64,000 nucleotides of DNA from contig MU058366.1 in assembly GCA_013265495.1 (NCBI GenBank), forward strand, positions 161,694 through 225,693, in the 5' to 3' direction. The position numbers and the translations under genes are program-made. Below the pieces are notes generated by a model that was not told the DNA's origin, did no database searches, and worked only from the letters and a program-made list of their open reading frames with translations. The stretch is from Vicugna vicugna. Taxonomy: Eukaryota. Numbering within the stretch: position 1 is the stretch's first letter; each line of letters opens with the position of its first letter. Shown one piece after another: positions 50,602-63,142 of the stretch.

Positions 50602-50821
50602 CCATGCAGATTTTTTCCCACGTACCCCGCGGCCTCGGCCAGTGCCAAAGACAGCTACGTGCCCATGAGACCCCAAGCCGCCACCTCTGGCCCCGGACCC
50701 CACGGCAGCCCTGATGACTACATCCCGATGAGCTCAGGAAGCCTCTCAAGCCCATTGCCCGACCTCCCTGCGGACCTGGAGCCTCCCCCGGTGAACAGAA
50801 ACCTCAAGCCTCAGAGGAAAT
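50602..50821 (+). CDS. GAB3: GAB3 exon 6 (YVPM and YIPM p85 sites; PPPVNRNLKP GRB2 site), phase 0 to 1
   Basis: ctcttgcag|CCATGC...AAAT|gtaagc; 220 nt. Confidence 0.96.
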
Positions 50822-51729
50822 GTAAGCGCTAGAGAAGCTATCCCAGAACACTGGGAGGGCTGAGGGCAAGGGTTGAATGGGAAGAGCTGGGGAGCCTTGC
50901 TGGCCCAGGTTGTCCTGATCAAATGGGACTTACAGTCACTGTGGGTGTGCGTGTGCGGACAACAAAGCCAACTTCATTCCAGCGGGCTCGTCTTTGGCCG
51001 TGTCTCTAATGAGGTCTCAGCAGTAAGTGGCGATGGATGGGAATGGAATCCCCCTGGCATCTCCCTATTTAAATAGCACTAAAATATAATCCCAGTGCTC
51101 CCCTTTGTTAGGTGGCCAACAATGACCTCTCACCCACATTCCTGAATGTTGCACCTGGTCAGATGTAGCATCGCTCACTGCCCTGTGCACACCTGACAGC
51201 AGAGATGTTTGGGGGAGGAGAGAGAGGACTTTGGAAATAAGCAGCATGAAAGAGGAAAAGCAGGTCACAGTCACTTGCTAACTTCATTCTTGCTCATTCG
51301 CCTGGTGCACGCCCACCTCTCTTTGCTCTTTGGAAAAACCATTGCTTCAGGTGGCCATGCCCAAAGCTGGTCCCACAGTAGTCCCCTACTTCTGTCTGAC
51401 CGATTCCAGTCTCGCCCTCTTCAGTTTGAGTCAGATCACACTTAACGCTGTGTTTGCTGTGTGCAGAGTGCTGTGCTAGCCACTGGGGCTGGGCGGGGCT
51501 GGGGATGCTAAGATGAGGAAGCAGGCAGATTCTTCTGTTTGGTGGGGGGAGGGTATGTAAAAACCACCTGGAAGAAGGAGAATTATGAAATAGCTACTAA
51601 ATAGGAGAACAGACCCCGTCTTACCATGTTTAGAAGAAGTTGACCATTCCTTCTGGTCAGAAAACAGTTTCACAGGGACCTGTAACTTTGAGGGAGTTAT
51701 TATGGTTTTGCTCCATTAATTTTCTACAG

Positions 51730-51895
51730 CAACACTGTCCAACAGAACTTTCTGTAATGAAGGAAATGTGGCTGTTGAACAGTTGAAGTGTGGCTAGTGC
51801 AACTGAGGGACTGGATTTTAAATTTTATTTAATTTTAATGCATTTAAATTTAAACAGCCGTCTGTGGCTAGTGGCAACCATATGGGACACTGCAG
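51730..51895 (+). mobile_element. MER3-like hAT-Charlie MITE with 8-bp TSD
   Basis: Termini CAACACTGTCCAACAG...GGGACACTGCAG; TTCTACAG at 51722-51729 and 51896-51903. Confidence 0.85.
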
Positions 51896-52703
51896 TTCTA
51901 CAGGACCTGGTGATCGAAGGCACAGAGATTTTGGATGGACTTGGGGTTGGGTATTCACTGTGTGGGTGTGAAGGGGGGCCCCTGGGCTGGGAGGGGATGG
52001 TTCTAACAGGTGTGGCTGCGGGGATGGATCCTGGGGCCCAACCAAGTGCTTCTCTAGATGCCAAGGCCAGTGCAGTGAACAAGCCAGAAAAAAAACCCTG
52101 TCCTCCCAGAACACAGTCAACCTAGACCTGAATCAGATCATCACAAACTGGGGGGAGCTGTGACAGGGAAGCTTGGGAACTCATGAGAAACTATGATGTG
52201 GCGACTGATCTTGTCTGGAGGTCACAGGAGGCCTTCCTAAGCGGGGGACGTTGAGCTGGCATCTGAAGGTGGCTATAACCAGACAGAAGGACCATCAAGT
52301 AGACAATGGACTGAGGGTGGGGAAGACCAGAAGCTGGGTGATCACCTCTGCCTGTAATAAGAGAGGTACAATGTCAAGTGTGAGATAGGCACTGGGAGGC
52401 CGTGAGATCGGAGCCTTCATCTGTTTTCTTCATACTGTGCCTCTGACACCTAGAACCACACCTGGCATATAATGAGCTCTGAATAAATGTATACTGGCTA
52501 AATGTAGCCCCAGCTGGCCATGGGACCATTTGCTCGGTAGTTGTCCTCTCCACTCCTGGTGACATGCACACTCGTCATCAGTGCTGCTTGTTAGCAAATT
52601 TGGATTTGATGTGCTTAGTAAGTGGAATGTCACGGTTTTACAGTCTTTAGATTCTCGCCTTGAGCCCCTGAGAACTTACTGGAGTTTATGTGTTGTGTTG
52701 TAG

Positions 52704-52785
52704 TACGGCCGCCTCCCCTGGACCTGAAAAACCTCTCCACCATCCGGGAACACACATCTCTAACCAGGACCCGCACTGTGCCCTG
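52704..52785 (+). CDS. GAB3: GAB3 exon 7 (LRPPPLDLKNLSTIREHTSLTRTRTVPC), phase 1 to 2
   Basis: tgttgtag|TACGG...CCCTG|gtgagt; 82 nt. Confidence 0.93.
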
Positions 52786-53904
52786 GTGAGTCTTTGCTCA
52801 AAGAGGCCTTGCCCAGCACACTCCCAGTCTTGGGTAGGCCTCCTTGATGAAGTGTGGTTGCAGCCCACTTGATCTAGCTTAAGCCAAAGGAGGGATGGGA
52901 TTTATAACCATGAGCCAGAAGTGTCATAGATCACAAAGGAAGGAATAGGACTGAATCTTCCAGGATCATGGACTCAGGAGCAGAAGTGCTGCTGGGAACC
53001 CCAGGAATCCTCTCTCTCCGTCTCTCACACCTGCTTCTCTGTTCACATTTGCTTGTTCCTCTTTCTGGGAGAACTCTTATGGCCAAAGACAGCTGTACCA
53101 AAGATCCTTATTTACATCAGACAATTCTAGTACCAACAGAGATGGGTCCTTTCTCAATCACAATTCACCTTTCTTGGCAGAGGGAATTGTATTGCTCCAG
53201 CCTGGCTAGAATCAACTATGGTCCAGGGAGAAGGGCCAGTAGTACCCACACGGCTTCCAGAAGCCCAGTCGTGTGAATGGAGCAGGAGGAGGGAGTTGTC
53301 AGAGGAAGAGGGGTGGCTCTCTGGCTTGGTCAGCAAACCCCCAAAATGTATCTGCAGTCTCTCTAGAAATTGCAATTTCAGATGTCCTGAGCCTGGCTCA
53401 GCAGTTTCTTAGTTCACTCTAAATGCCACAGGACACAGTTACTTTGGAAAGCAGAATTCAGCAATGAACTCAATTTTCAGACAAGGCTGCAGCGTCTCAG
53501 CCTGTGCTCCTGACTCCGGACTAGGATGAGAGCTGATTTGCAGTCTTGTTCTCCTCCCATCAGAGGAATGGCCACACTTCCCCTCTTTTCCTGGTGACTT
53601 TGTTTTGTTTCATTTTGTTTTTCTCTAAATGATATGATGCCTCAGTCTCTTTCTAGAAAGCTCATGAGCTGTGTCATACAGAGGACCTAGAAAAAAGTAG
53701 CCTTTGAGAATTGGGAGCCATTTGCTCCCTAGTGGGACAGAAGCTGCTGCGTAGTGTCCACTGCTTCGGGAGTTGCTTTGGCCAGAAGGAAGTTGTATCT
53801 GGAAGGGGAGGGCCAAAACCCCCCAGGGGCCATGTCCATTCTTGGCTGGCTTTCCGAGCAGCTGTGAGACATTGCTTTGACCTCATCTGTATTTTTGTTC
53901 TTAG

Positions 53905-54007
53905 CAGTCGAACCAGCTTTTTCTCTCCAGAAAGAAATGGTATTAATTCTGCAAGATTTTTTGCCAATCCTGTTTCCAGAGAAGAGGAAGAAAGCTACAT
54001 CCAAATG
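53905..54007 (+). CDS. GAB3: GAB3 exon 8 (SRTSFFSPERNGINSARFFANPVSREEEESYIQM), phase 2 to 0
   Basis: ttcttag|CAGTCG...CAAATG|gtaatc; 103 nt; third YxxM motif. Confidence 0.93.
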
Positions 54008-55409
54008 GTAATCCTATATTTTTCACACTCTTCTTACTCTTCATCCCAGTCTGTGTTCTTATGAGTCCACTCTAAAGGAAGCATGTTCTTCAAACAAGTA
54101 CTCGATTGTCATACCAGGCGACAGTATTTTCTAGACTGAGAACAAATCAATACGAAGAGCACCCAGGGCTGAGATGTGTAATGGGAAAACGGAAGTGCCG
54201 GCAGTTCTTTTCACCAGGGCTGGGATATCCTGTTTGAGCCCAATAGGTCTGTAGTTCCCCAGATGTCCAGGGTTTAAGCTGTGAAAATGCACACACTGGA
54301 GGTTCCCTTCTGCCGCACCTTGCAGCCCTGCCCTGCCTGCTTCTTACAGAGTCTTCCTGCAGACCTGAGTGGCTGGGGACCTGGCATCTCCTACCCTCTG
54401 CCTTGGGTTCTACTGAGAAGGGCTTATTGAGGAGACAGAGGGGCTTTTAGCACCTCTTGCAACTATCAGACCCTTTAGCCAGAACTGTTACCATTCTACA
54501 ATTTTCAAATGTCGGGAACCCTAGAGAGAACCTATCTGAACTATGACATTTTGAAAAGAGGTCTTGGAGGGACAACATTTAAGGCACAATGACTATATAT
54601 ACTTTTGAGAAGACACTTCTGCCTTCCTGTACATGAAGATAACAGGCAATTAAAATTCTAAAAAATGGCCACCTCCAATGAAACAGTAATTAAATGCTTC
54701 ATTTGGCCTTTCTTTTTGATAGATTGTGCTGTAAGGACACTTAACCATGTGCAGGTGGAAAGTGACTTGTGCCAATCTGCTGTGGAATTCACAATGTTTT
54801 TCACACTTCATAATGGCCCTTGGGAAACTTCTAGAAGAAAACACTCTTATAAAAGATACTGACCAGCTGTGCTTTGTCTCCAGAGAACAGAAAAAGGAAG
54901 TGAATTCATAACCTAATGGAAGCCAGTGAAGAGTCATTCCAGAAACAGGCAGTTCATTTCTGATCTTTGAGGCTGTGAGAAAGAGCGCTGTGTCATTAAC
55001 AATAGAGTTAAGGATTGGTTTCTTGCGTAAGTTTATAATCATTGGTTAATGATTATACATTACTAGACAATGTGACACAGTAGATTAAAAGCCCAGAATA
55101 CCAACTGAAGAAAGGTAGCTGGGAGGAAGACACCCTAGAAATGTGTTTAAAGTCTATCCCACCTCATTCAGTGTGTGTTTCAACTTCAGTATTCTCAAAC
55201 AGCTTTGACTTCCATTATTTCAGTTGTTCCACAAAACAACCCTGTTTGGTGGACAGAATTCAGACAATTCAATTTTGATTTGACACATAATTATATGCAT
55301 TAATTTTTTTCTCTCCTTGTGGACAAGTTCTTATCTGCATGTGAAAATTTAGTCTAGGGGCTAAAATACAAGTTTTGTTTTAATAAAGTTATATAACCTT
55401 CTTTAGTTG

Positions 55410-58400
55410 ATTTTTTTTAATGAAATATAGTTTATGTACAAGACTGTTAGTCTTGAGTGCACTACATGATGATTGGCATTTCCATACATCATGAAATGAT
55501 TGTCACGGTAAGTCTAGTAACCATCTGTCCCCCTGTGGAGTTACTACAGTATTATTGATCCTTTTCCTTAGCTGGACAATACATTCCTGTAACTTGTTTA
55601 TTATGTAGTGAAGGATTGCACCTCTAAGTCCCTTTCACCTGTTCTGCCTACCCCAGCCACCCATTTGTTCTCTGTATCAGTACATCTGTTTTCATTCTGT
55701 TTTGTTTGTTTTTAAGATTTCACATATAAGTAAGATCATGTAGTATTGTCTTTCTCTGATTTATTTCATTCAGCATAATAACCTCTAGCTCCATTCATGG
55801 TGTCATAATGGCAAGATTGCACTTTTTTGTGGCTGAGTAATATTTCATTGTGTGTGTATACCACTATTCTTTATCCATTCATCTACTGATGGGCATTGAG
55901 GTTGCTTCCATGTCTTGGCTATTGTAAATGATGCTGCAGTGAACATTGGCATGCATGTAGCTTTTCAAATTAGTGTTTTTATATTTTGGGAGTAAATACT
56001 CAGAATAGACATTGCTGAATCATGTGGTAGTTCTGTTTTTAATTTTTGAAGGAATCGCCATACTGTCTTCCACAGTGGTTGCATTAGTTTACATTCCCAC
56101 CAACAGTACACGAGGGTTCCCTTTTCTCCACACCCTTGCTAACACTTGTGGTTTGTTGTCTTTTTGATAACAACCATTCTGACAAGTGTGAGCTGTTATC
56201 TCATTGTGGTTTTCATTTGCATTTCCCTGATGGTTAGTGTACGTTGAACATCTTTTCATGTGCCTGTTGGCCATCTGCATTTCCTCTTTGGAAAAATGTC
56301 TGTTCAGATCCTCTGCCCATCTTTTAATGAGGCTGTTTGGTTTTTTTGTTTGTTTTGTTTTGTTTTTTTATGTTGAGTTGTGTGACTTATTTGTATGTTT
56401 TGGATATGACCCTCTTCTTAGATGGATCGTTTCCAGATATCTTCTCCCACTCAGTAGGCTGCCTTTTTGTTTTATTTCTAGTTCCCTTTGCTGTGCAAAA
56501 GCTTTTTAGTTTAATGTGATCCCATTTGTTTATTTTTGCTTTTGTTTCCCTTGCCTGGAGGAGACATAGGCAAAAAAAAAATATTGTTAAGACCTATGTC
56601 AAAGGGTGTACTGTGTATGTTTCTTTTAAGAGTTTTATGGTTTCAGGTCTTACATTTAAGTCTTTGATTCATTTTGAGTTTATTTTTGTATATAGAGGGA
56701 GAAAGTCGTCTGGTTTGAGTCTTTTGCATGTAACAGTCCAGGTTTCCCAACATCATTTATTGAAGAAGCTGTCTTTTCCCCATTGTATAATCTTGCCTTC
56801 TTTGTCATAGATTAATTGACCATATAAGTGTGAATTTATTTCTGGGCTCTTTATTCTGTTCCATTGCTGTCTGTATCTGTTTTTGTGCCAATACCACACT
56901 GTTTTGACTGTTGTAGCTTTGTCGTATTGTTTGAAATCAGGGAGCATGATACCTCCAGCTTTGTTCTTTTTCTTTCTCAAGATTGTTTTGGCTATTCTGG
57001 GTCTTTTGTGGTTCCATACAAATTTTAGTATTATTTGTTCTAGTTCTGTGAAAAATCCCATTGGTATTTTGATAAGGATTGCAATGAATAAGTTGAATGC
57101 CTTGGAGACATTTTAGCAATATAAATTCTTCCAATCCATGATCACAGTATATCATTCTATCTGTTTGTACCATCTTCAGTTTCTTTCATCAGTGTCTTAA
57201 AGTTTTCTAAGTACAAGTCTTTTACCTCTTTGACTAGATTTATGCCTGTGTATTTTGTTCTTTTTGATGTGATTGTAAATGGGATTGTTCTCTTAATTTC
57301 TCTTTTAGATAGTTCCTTGTTAGTGTATAGAAATGTAACAAATTTCTGTATATTCGTTTTTGTATTCTGCAGTTTCACTGAATTGATTGATGAGCTCTAA
57401 TAGTTTTTTAGTCTTGTCTTTGTGATTTTCTATATATAGTATTATATCATCTGCAAACATTGACAGTTTTGCTTCTTCCTTTCCAATGTGAATTCCTTTT
57501 ATTTCTTTTTCTTGATTGATTGCTGTGGCTAGGCTTTCCAATACTATGTTGAATAAAAGTGGCGAGACTAGGCATCTTTGTCTTGTTCCTGATCTTAGAG
57601 GAAAAGTTTTCAACTTTTCACCATCAAGTATGATGTTAGCTGTGGGTTTGCTATATACAAACTTTATTATGTTGAGGTATGTTCCCTTTATACGCACTCT
57701 GTTGAGAGTTTTTATCATAAATGGGTGTTGAATTTTGTCAAATGCTTTTTTTGCATCTATTGAGATGATCATATGGTTTTAATTCAATTTGTTATGTGGT
57801 GCATCACACTGATTGATTTTCAGAAATTAAACCATCCTTGCATTCTGGGGATAAATCCCACTTGATCATGATGTATGTATTAAATATATTGTTGACTTCA
57901 GTTTGCTAATATTTTGTTAAGGATTTTTGCATTTATGTTCATCAGTGATATAGGCCTGTAGTTTTCTTTTTTTGAATGGTGTCTTTGTCTGGTTTGGTAT
58001 TAGATATTAGGATGCTGCCCTTATGGAATGAATTTTGAAGTGTTCCTTCTTCAAGTTTTTGGAATAATTTGAGGAGAGGTGTTAATTCTTCTTTAAATGT
58101 TTGGTAGAATTCACCTGTGAAGCTGTCTAGTCCTGGACTTTGTTTGGAGTTTTTGATTACTGATTCAATTTCAATGCTAGTAATCCGTCTGTTCAGATTA
58201 TCTCTTTCTTCCTGATTCAGTCCTAGAAGATTGTATGTTAGTGAAGTTTATCCATTTCTTCTAGGTTGTCCAATTTGTTGGCTTATTATAAATGTTCATA
58301 GTATTCTCTTATGATTGTATTGCTGTGCTATCAGTTGTAATTTCTACTCTTTCATTTCTTTCTTTGTTTATTTGGGTCCTCTGTCTTTGTTTTTCCTTAA

Positions 58401-59080
58401 TGAGCCTGCCTTAACAATTTTGTTTATCTTTAAAAAAAAACTAGCTCTTGGTTTCATTGATTTTTCTTTTTCCATTGTGTTTTTTTGGTGTGGCCTCTAT
58501 TTTATTTCTTTCCACTCTTATCTTTATTATTCCCTTCCTTTTACTGAGGACAGCAGCCAGGAGCTCAGTGTGGGCTGAGGGGCACATCAGGGCAGTACTG
58601 GCAAGCCAGCCTAGAAGCTGCCCTAGGCAGTTTCTATCTGCTGCTTCCACGCTGGGACTGGGAGCAGGCAAGTCTGTGTGTGCATTCTTCGAGAGTGGAG
58701 TTCAATCTCAGTTTCTTACAGCCCTCTGGTAAGCGCCACTGGTTTTCAAACTGGCTAAGGGGGCTCATCTTCCCTGTGTCAGACCCCATGCTAGGGTGCC
58801 TAATGTCTGGCTTGAACCCTTCGTTCCCCAGGGAGAAGCCCCAAGCCTGTGACAGTTCCCCCTCCTCTTCTGTGTCCCTCACTAAGGGTAAAGGTCCCAA
58901 CCAAATCACTGCTCTTCTCTTCTGTCAGACTCTGTGTGGATCTTTTGTTATAGCCTTGGCTGTAGAAAAGCTGTCCAGCTATTCCCCAGGTAAATTTCAG
59001 TGAGAGTCATTCTCTCTATAGCTGTAGTTTTGATATGTACATGAAGAGAGCGTCATCCTTCTCCACCATCTTGATCCCAC
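55410..59080 (-). mobile_element. L1 with ~530 bp of 5'UTR joined directly to mid-ORF2 (ORF1 and endonuclease missing), in intron 8
   Basis: ORF2/3'UTR 55410-58545; abrupt switch to L1 5'UTR-type sequence ending CCATCTTGATCCC (YY1) at ~59078. Confidence 0.8.
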
Positions 59081-61488
59081 CTTTTCTTTTGTTTTTCAAG
59101 ATTGATTTGGCTATTCAAGTTTCCTTGAGATTCCATGTGAATTTCAGGATGGGTTTTTCTATTTCCGCAAAAAACACCATTGGGATTTTGATAGAGAATG
59201 CTTTGAATCTGCAGATTGCTTTGGTTAATGTAATCCTCTTTGGTGAAGTATCTGTTGAATCCTTTTGCCCAAGTTTTGGGGTTTTTGTTTTCTTGTACTG
59301 AGTTTTGAGAACTCTTTATATATTCTGTGTATATGTCATGCAGTGGGTATGTAAGTCACAAATATTTTAAGTCTGGATCTTGTCTTTTCATTCTCTTCTG
59401 TTCTTTGAAGAGCAGAGATTTTAAATTTGATTAATGTCAATTTATTGACTTTTTTCATTCATGGGTTGTTCTCATGTCTAAGAATGCTTAGCCTAACTTT
59501 TGATCATTATGTTTTCCTCCATATTTTCTTCTAAAAGTATGATGGGGTGGTGAAAATATTCTAAAATTGATTGAGGTGATGATGACACAGATATGTGAAT
59601 ATACTAAGCACCACCAAATTGCTCACTTTAAATGGGAGGATTGTATGGTATGGGAATTATATCTCAATAAAGCTGTTTGCAAAACAAATCCTAAAGATCT
59701 TGGCAAATGTTGACAAGCAGACCTTTACAATTGAGTCTGGAGATTGAGCGATAGTTCCCTGGGCTATGTGAGCAGCCCAAGGGGCAAGATGAAGGTCATG
59801 ATATCAGGGGTTCCCCAAGGAAACTATCCAGCAAGATTACCTTGCAGTGAACCCCACAGCTGACAGACACCACCCATGTACTCAAAGCCTCCACTCAGCT
59901 TTTTGGTCTTTCACTCTTAAATATGAACAGCCAGCCAGTAATTTTATCAGACATCTCAGGAGAATTCTCACATGAAGGATAGGGACCCAAACAAACAGAT
60001 TGGAGGAAACAAAACCTATGCCAGAAGGAGAAACCATTTTTAAAGAATCTATTATTACAAATATTCTCTGAGAGATGAGCTCTTACTTAATACATAAGTT
60101 AAATGAATCTATTAAGTCAAACAAGCACATTAACATATTAAAGGAGAAAATGATGTGATTGTCTCAGATGCAGCAAAAGAACTTGATAGAACTCAACATC
60201 TATTCACATATGGGAACGAGATATATGAATAGAAGTTGCATCACTGGGGAAAAGATGGTTATCCATGTGGGGTACAAACAAAATAAAAATGAATGAATTG
60301 TATCCCTATTTCACCACCATAGGTTAAAATCAGTTCGGGCTAGATCGTTACTTAACCACTGTAGACAGTGATGGGCTATTAGCAACACACTTAACCAACA
60401 AGTGATTAATCTCCTGAGTATATGAGGAAACCTGAGAAAAATTAGAAAAGTACAAGTACTTCAATATAAAAAGTAGCAAGACAAAAACAAACCTGAACAG
60501 ATAATTCACAAAAGAGGAAAAAACGACCCTTAAGCATATAAAAAGATGGCCAATTAGTTAAATTAGCAAGGGCATGGGAAATCAAACCACAGTTAGATAC
60601 CATTTTCCCCATATCCGGTGGGTGATAGTAAAGTTGAAGGTGCACACATCCCGGGGCCACACTCTAGAAATTCTTCCACCAGCTGCATGAAGGCTCAGAG
60701 CTGCATTGCTCGTAATAGCCTCCAAGTTGGAAGCAACTCAAATGTCTGTTGTTGGTAGAACAGTTAAATAAATTATGCAGTGGAATCCTCTATTCGAATG
60801 AAACAGAATGAAACGGGGCCAGTGCTTTGACATGGGTGACTGTGACATATGTAATAAGGAGCAAAAGTTGAAGTCACCCAAAATGCATACAACGTGGTTC
60901 TATTGATAAAAGTTGAAAACAGACAAAACTCAAGATTATGTCAGTTAAGGATACTTGCACACTGATAAAACTATATTTAAAAAGACAAGGAGTGATAAGC
61001 ACAAAATTCAAGATGGTGCTCAACCTCTCTGGGGCAGAGGAGGAAGTCGCAGGGGAGTAGGCACTCCCCACGCCTCAGGTGTGGCTGTATCCCACTTCTG
61101 AAGCTGGATGCTGAGTCCATGGGTGTGTCTTTGTATTGTGTAGAGTACCTTTAAATGCATTTGAGATGCCTTTACTAGAGCTTCAATAAGTGCGGTTGAT
61201 TTTTTCAGGATTTAATCTCTAAGGAATCATGGGCCTGCCCGATCCATAAAAAAAAAAATCCTTCTTGGGGGAGGTTTTCACCAGCTGTTTCGAAGGTGAC
61301 TGAAGGTCTAGCTTCATGTGAAGCCCAGGTTGGCTCTGTTGTATTTCAAAGCCAGCTCTCATACAGAATTGCAGGCTGAGCTATATCATCTGATGGCAGT
61401 TACCAAAGTGGAGATGTGACCCACTCTGCTTCCCCGGGGCCGCCCGATCAGAAATCGTTAACCTGCATCCCATGATGTTGGTTTCTAG

Positions 61489-61590
61489 GAAGAGCACAGA
61501 ACAGCCAGCTCCCTGACGTGGACAAAGAAATTCAGCCTGGATTATCTAGCCCTGGATTTCAATTCCGTGTCACCAGCCCCTGTACAGCAG
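61489..61590 (+). CDS. GAB3: GAB3 exon 9 (EEHRTASSLTWTKKFSLDYLALDFNSVSPAPVQQ), phase 0 to 0
   Basis: gtttctag|GAAGAG...CAGCAG|gtagga; 102 nt; SHP2 site LDYLAL. Confidence 0.94.
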
Positions 61591-62161
61591 GTAGGAAGTA
61601 CTTAAAATCAGCCCTAATCCTGCCTCCCAGAAGTCCTGGTGTATTTCCCTCTTGGGTATATTCTTTGGGTGGATATGTACAAATGTATGTGGTATTCATA
61701 CTCCTTAAAACTTGGACCGTAAACTTTATTGAGTGTAAGCTGTGGTATGAATGAATAGTAGGTAAGCAGTGGACAACAGCTAAATATTCTTGAGCAAAGG
61801 ATGCTTAACAGTGTGTTGTTTGATGAGAAAACCCACTTGCTGAACAGGATAGACAGTATGATTCCATCTTGTGTGTTTGCAGAAAAAACATCTGGAAGAT
61901 TTCCCTTCTCCTTTACCTTTAATTTCATTCCAACAACCTAAAATGATACTCCAGAAAAGCGGGTCAGAAGGGGAGACGGATGACTACAAAAGGCACGTTA
62001 GTCGGTTTTAGTAGGCTGTGCAGTGATGAGCACCCCAGATCTCCAAGTTGAAGGGAGCAGAGGTGAAGAGCGATCTGTACACAAAGTGTAGCATTTCTTT
62101 CTGCAGGTAACTTGATAGCACTGTAATCTACCACACTCGAACTGCCATTTTCCTGACTTTT

Positions 62162-62969
62162 TCTTTTTAATTTTTAGAATTTTTTTAAATTGAAGTATAG
62201 TCAGTTACAATGTGTCAAATTCTGGTGTACAGCATCATGTCCCAGTTATAAATATACATACATATATTCATTTTCATATTCTTTTTCATTAAAGGTTATT
62301 ACAAGATATTAAATACAGTTCCCTGTGCTACACAGAAGAAATTTGGGGGTTTTTTACCTATTTTTATATATAGTAGTTAATATTTGCAAATCTCAAACTC
62401 CCAGGTTTATCCCTCCCCACTTCCTTTCCTCCAGTAACCATAAGATTGTTTACTACGTCTGCAAGTCTGTTTCTGTTTTATAGATGAGTTCATTAGTGTT
62501 CTCTTTTTTCTTTTTTCTTTTTTTTAGATCCCATGTATGAGTGATATCATATGGTATTTCTCTTTCTGGCTTACTTCACTTAGAATGATGATCTTTATTT
62601 AGGTGCATCCATGTTGCTGCAAATGGCATTTTATTATTTTTTATGGCTGAGTGGTAGCCCATTGTATAAATATACCACAGCTTCTTTACCCAGTCATCCG
62701 TTGATGGACATTTAGGCTGTTTCCATGTCTTGGCTATTGTAAATAGTGCTGCTATGAACATTGGGGTGCAGGTGTCATCCTGAAGTAGATTTCCTTCTGG
62801 GTACAAGCCCAGGAGTGGGATTCCTGGGTCATATGGTAAGTCTATTCCTAGTCTTTTGAGGAATCTCCATACTGTTTTGCACAGTGGCTGCACCAAACTG
62901 CATTCCCACCAGCAGTGTAGGACGGTTCCCTTTTCTCCACAGCCTCTCCAGCATTTGTCATTTGTGGAC
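62162..62969 (-). mobile_element. Young 5'-truncated L1, 14-bp TSD, just upstream of the last exon
   Basis: TTTTCCTGACTTTT at 62148-62161 and 62970-62983; TTTT/AA site; ORF2 C-terminus at 62576-62896. Confidence 0.92.
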
Positions 62970-63025
62970 TTTTCCTGACTTTTAAAATTTGATGTAATGA
63001 CAGTCTTTTTGTTCTCCCCCTTCAG

Positions 63026-63142
63026 AAACTTCTCCTTTTAGAGGAGCAAAGAGTAGACTATGTCCAAGTGGACGAGCAGAAGACGCAGGCTCTCCAGAGC
63101 ACAAAGCAGGAGTGGACAGATGAGAGGCAATCCAAAGTGTAA
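63026..63142 (+). CDS. GAB3: GAB3 last coding exon (KLLLLEEQRVDYVQVDEQKTQALQSTKQEWTDERQSKV*)
   Basis: ccccttcag|AAACTT...GTG TAA; SHP2 site VDYVQV and GAB C-terminal EWTDxRQS. Confidence 0.96.
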   Translation, partial: KLLLLEEQRVDYVQVDEQKTQALQSTKQEWTDERQSKV

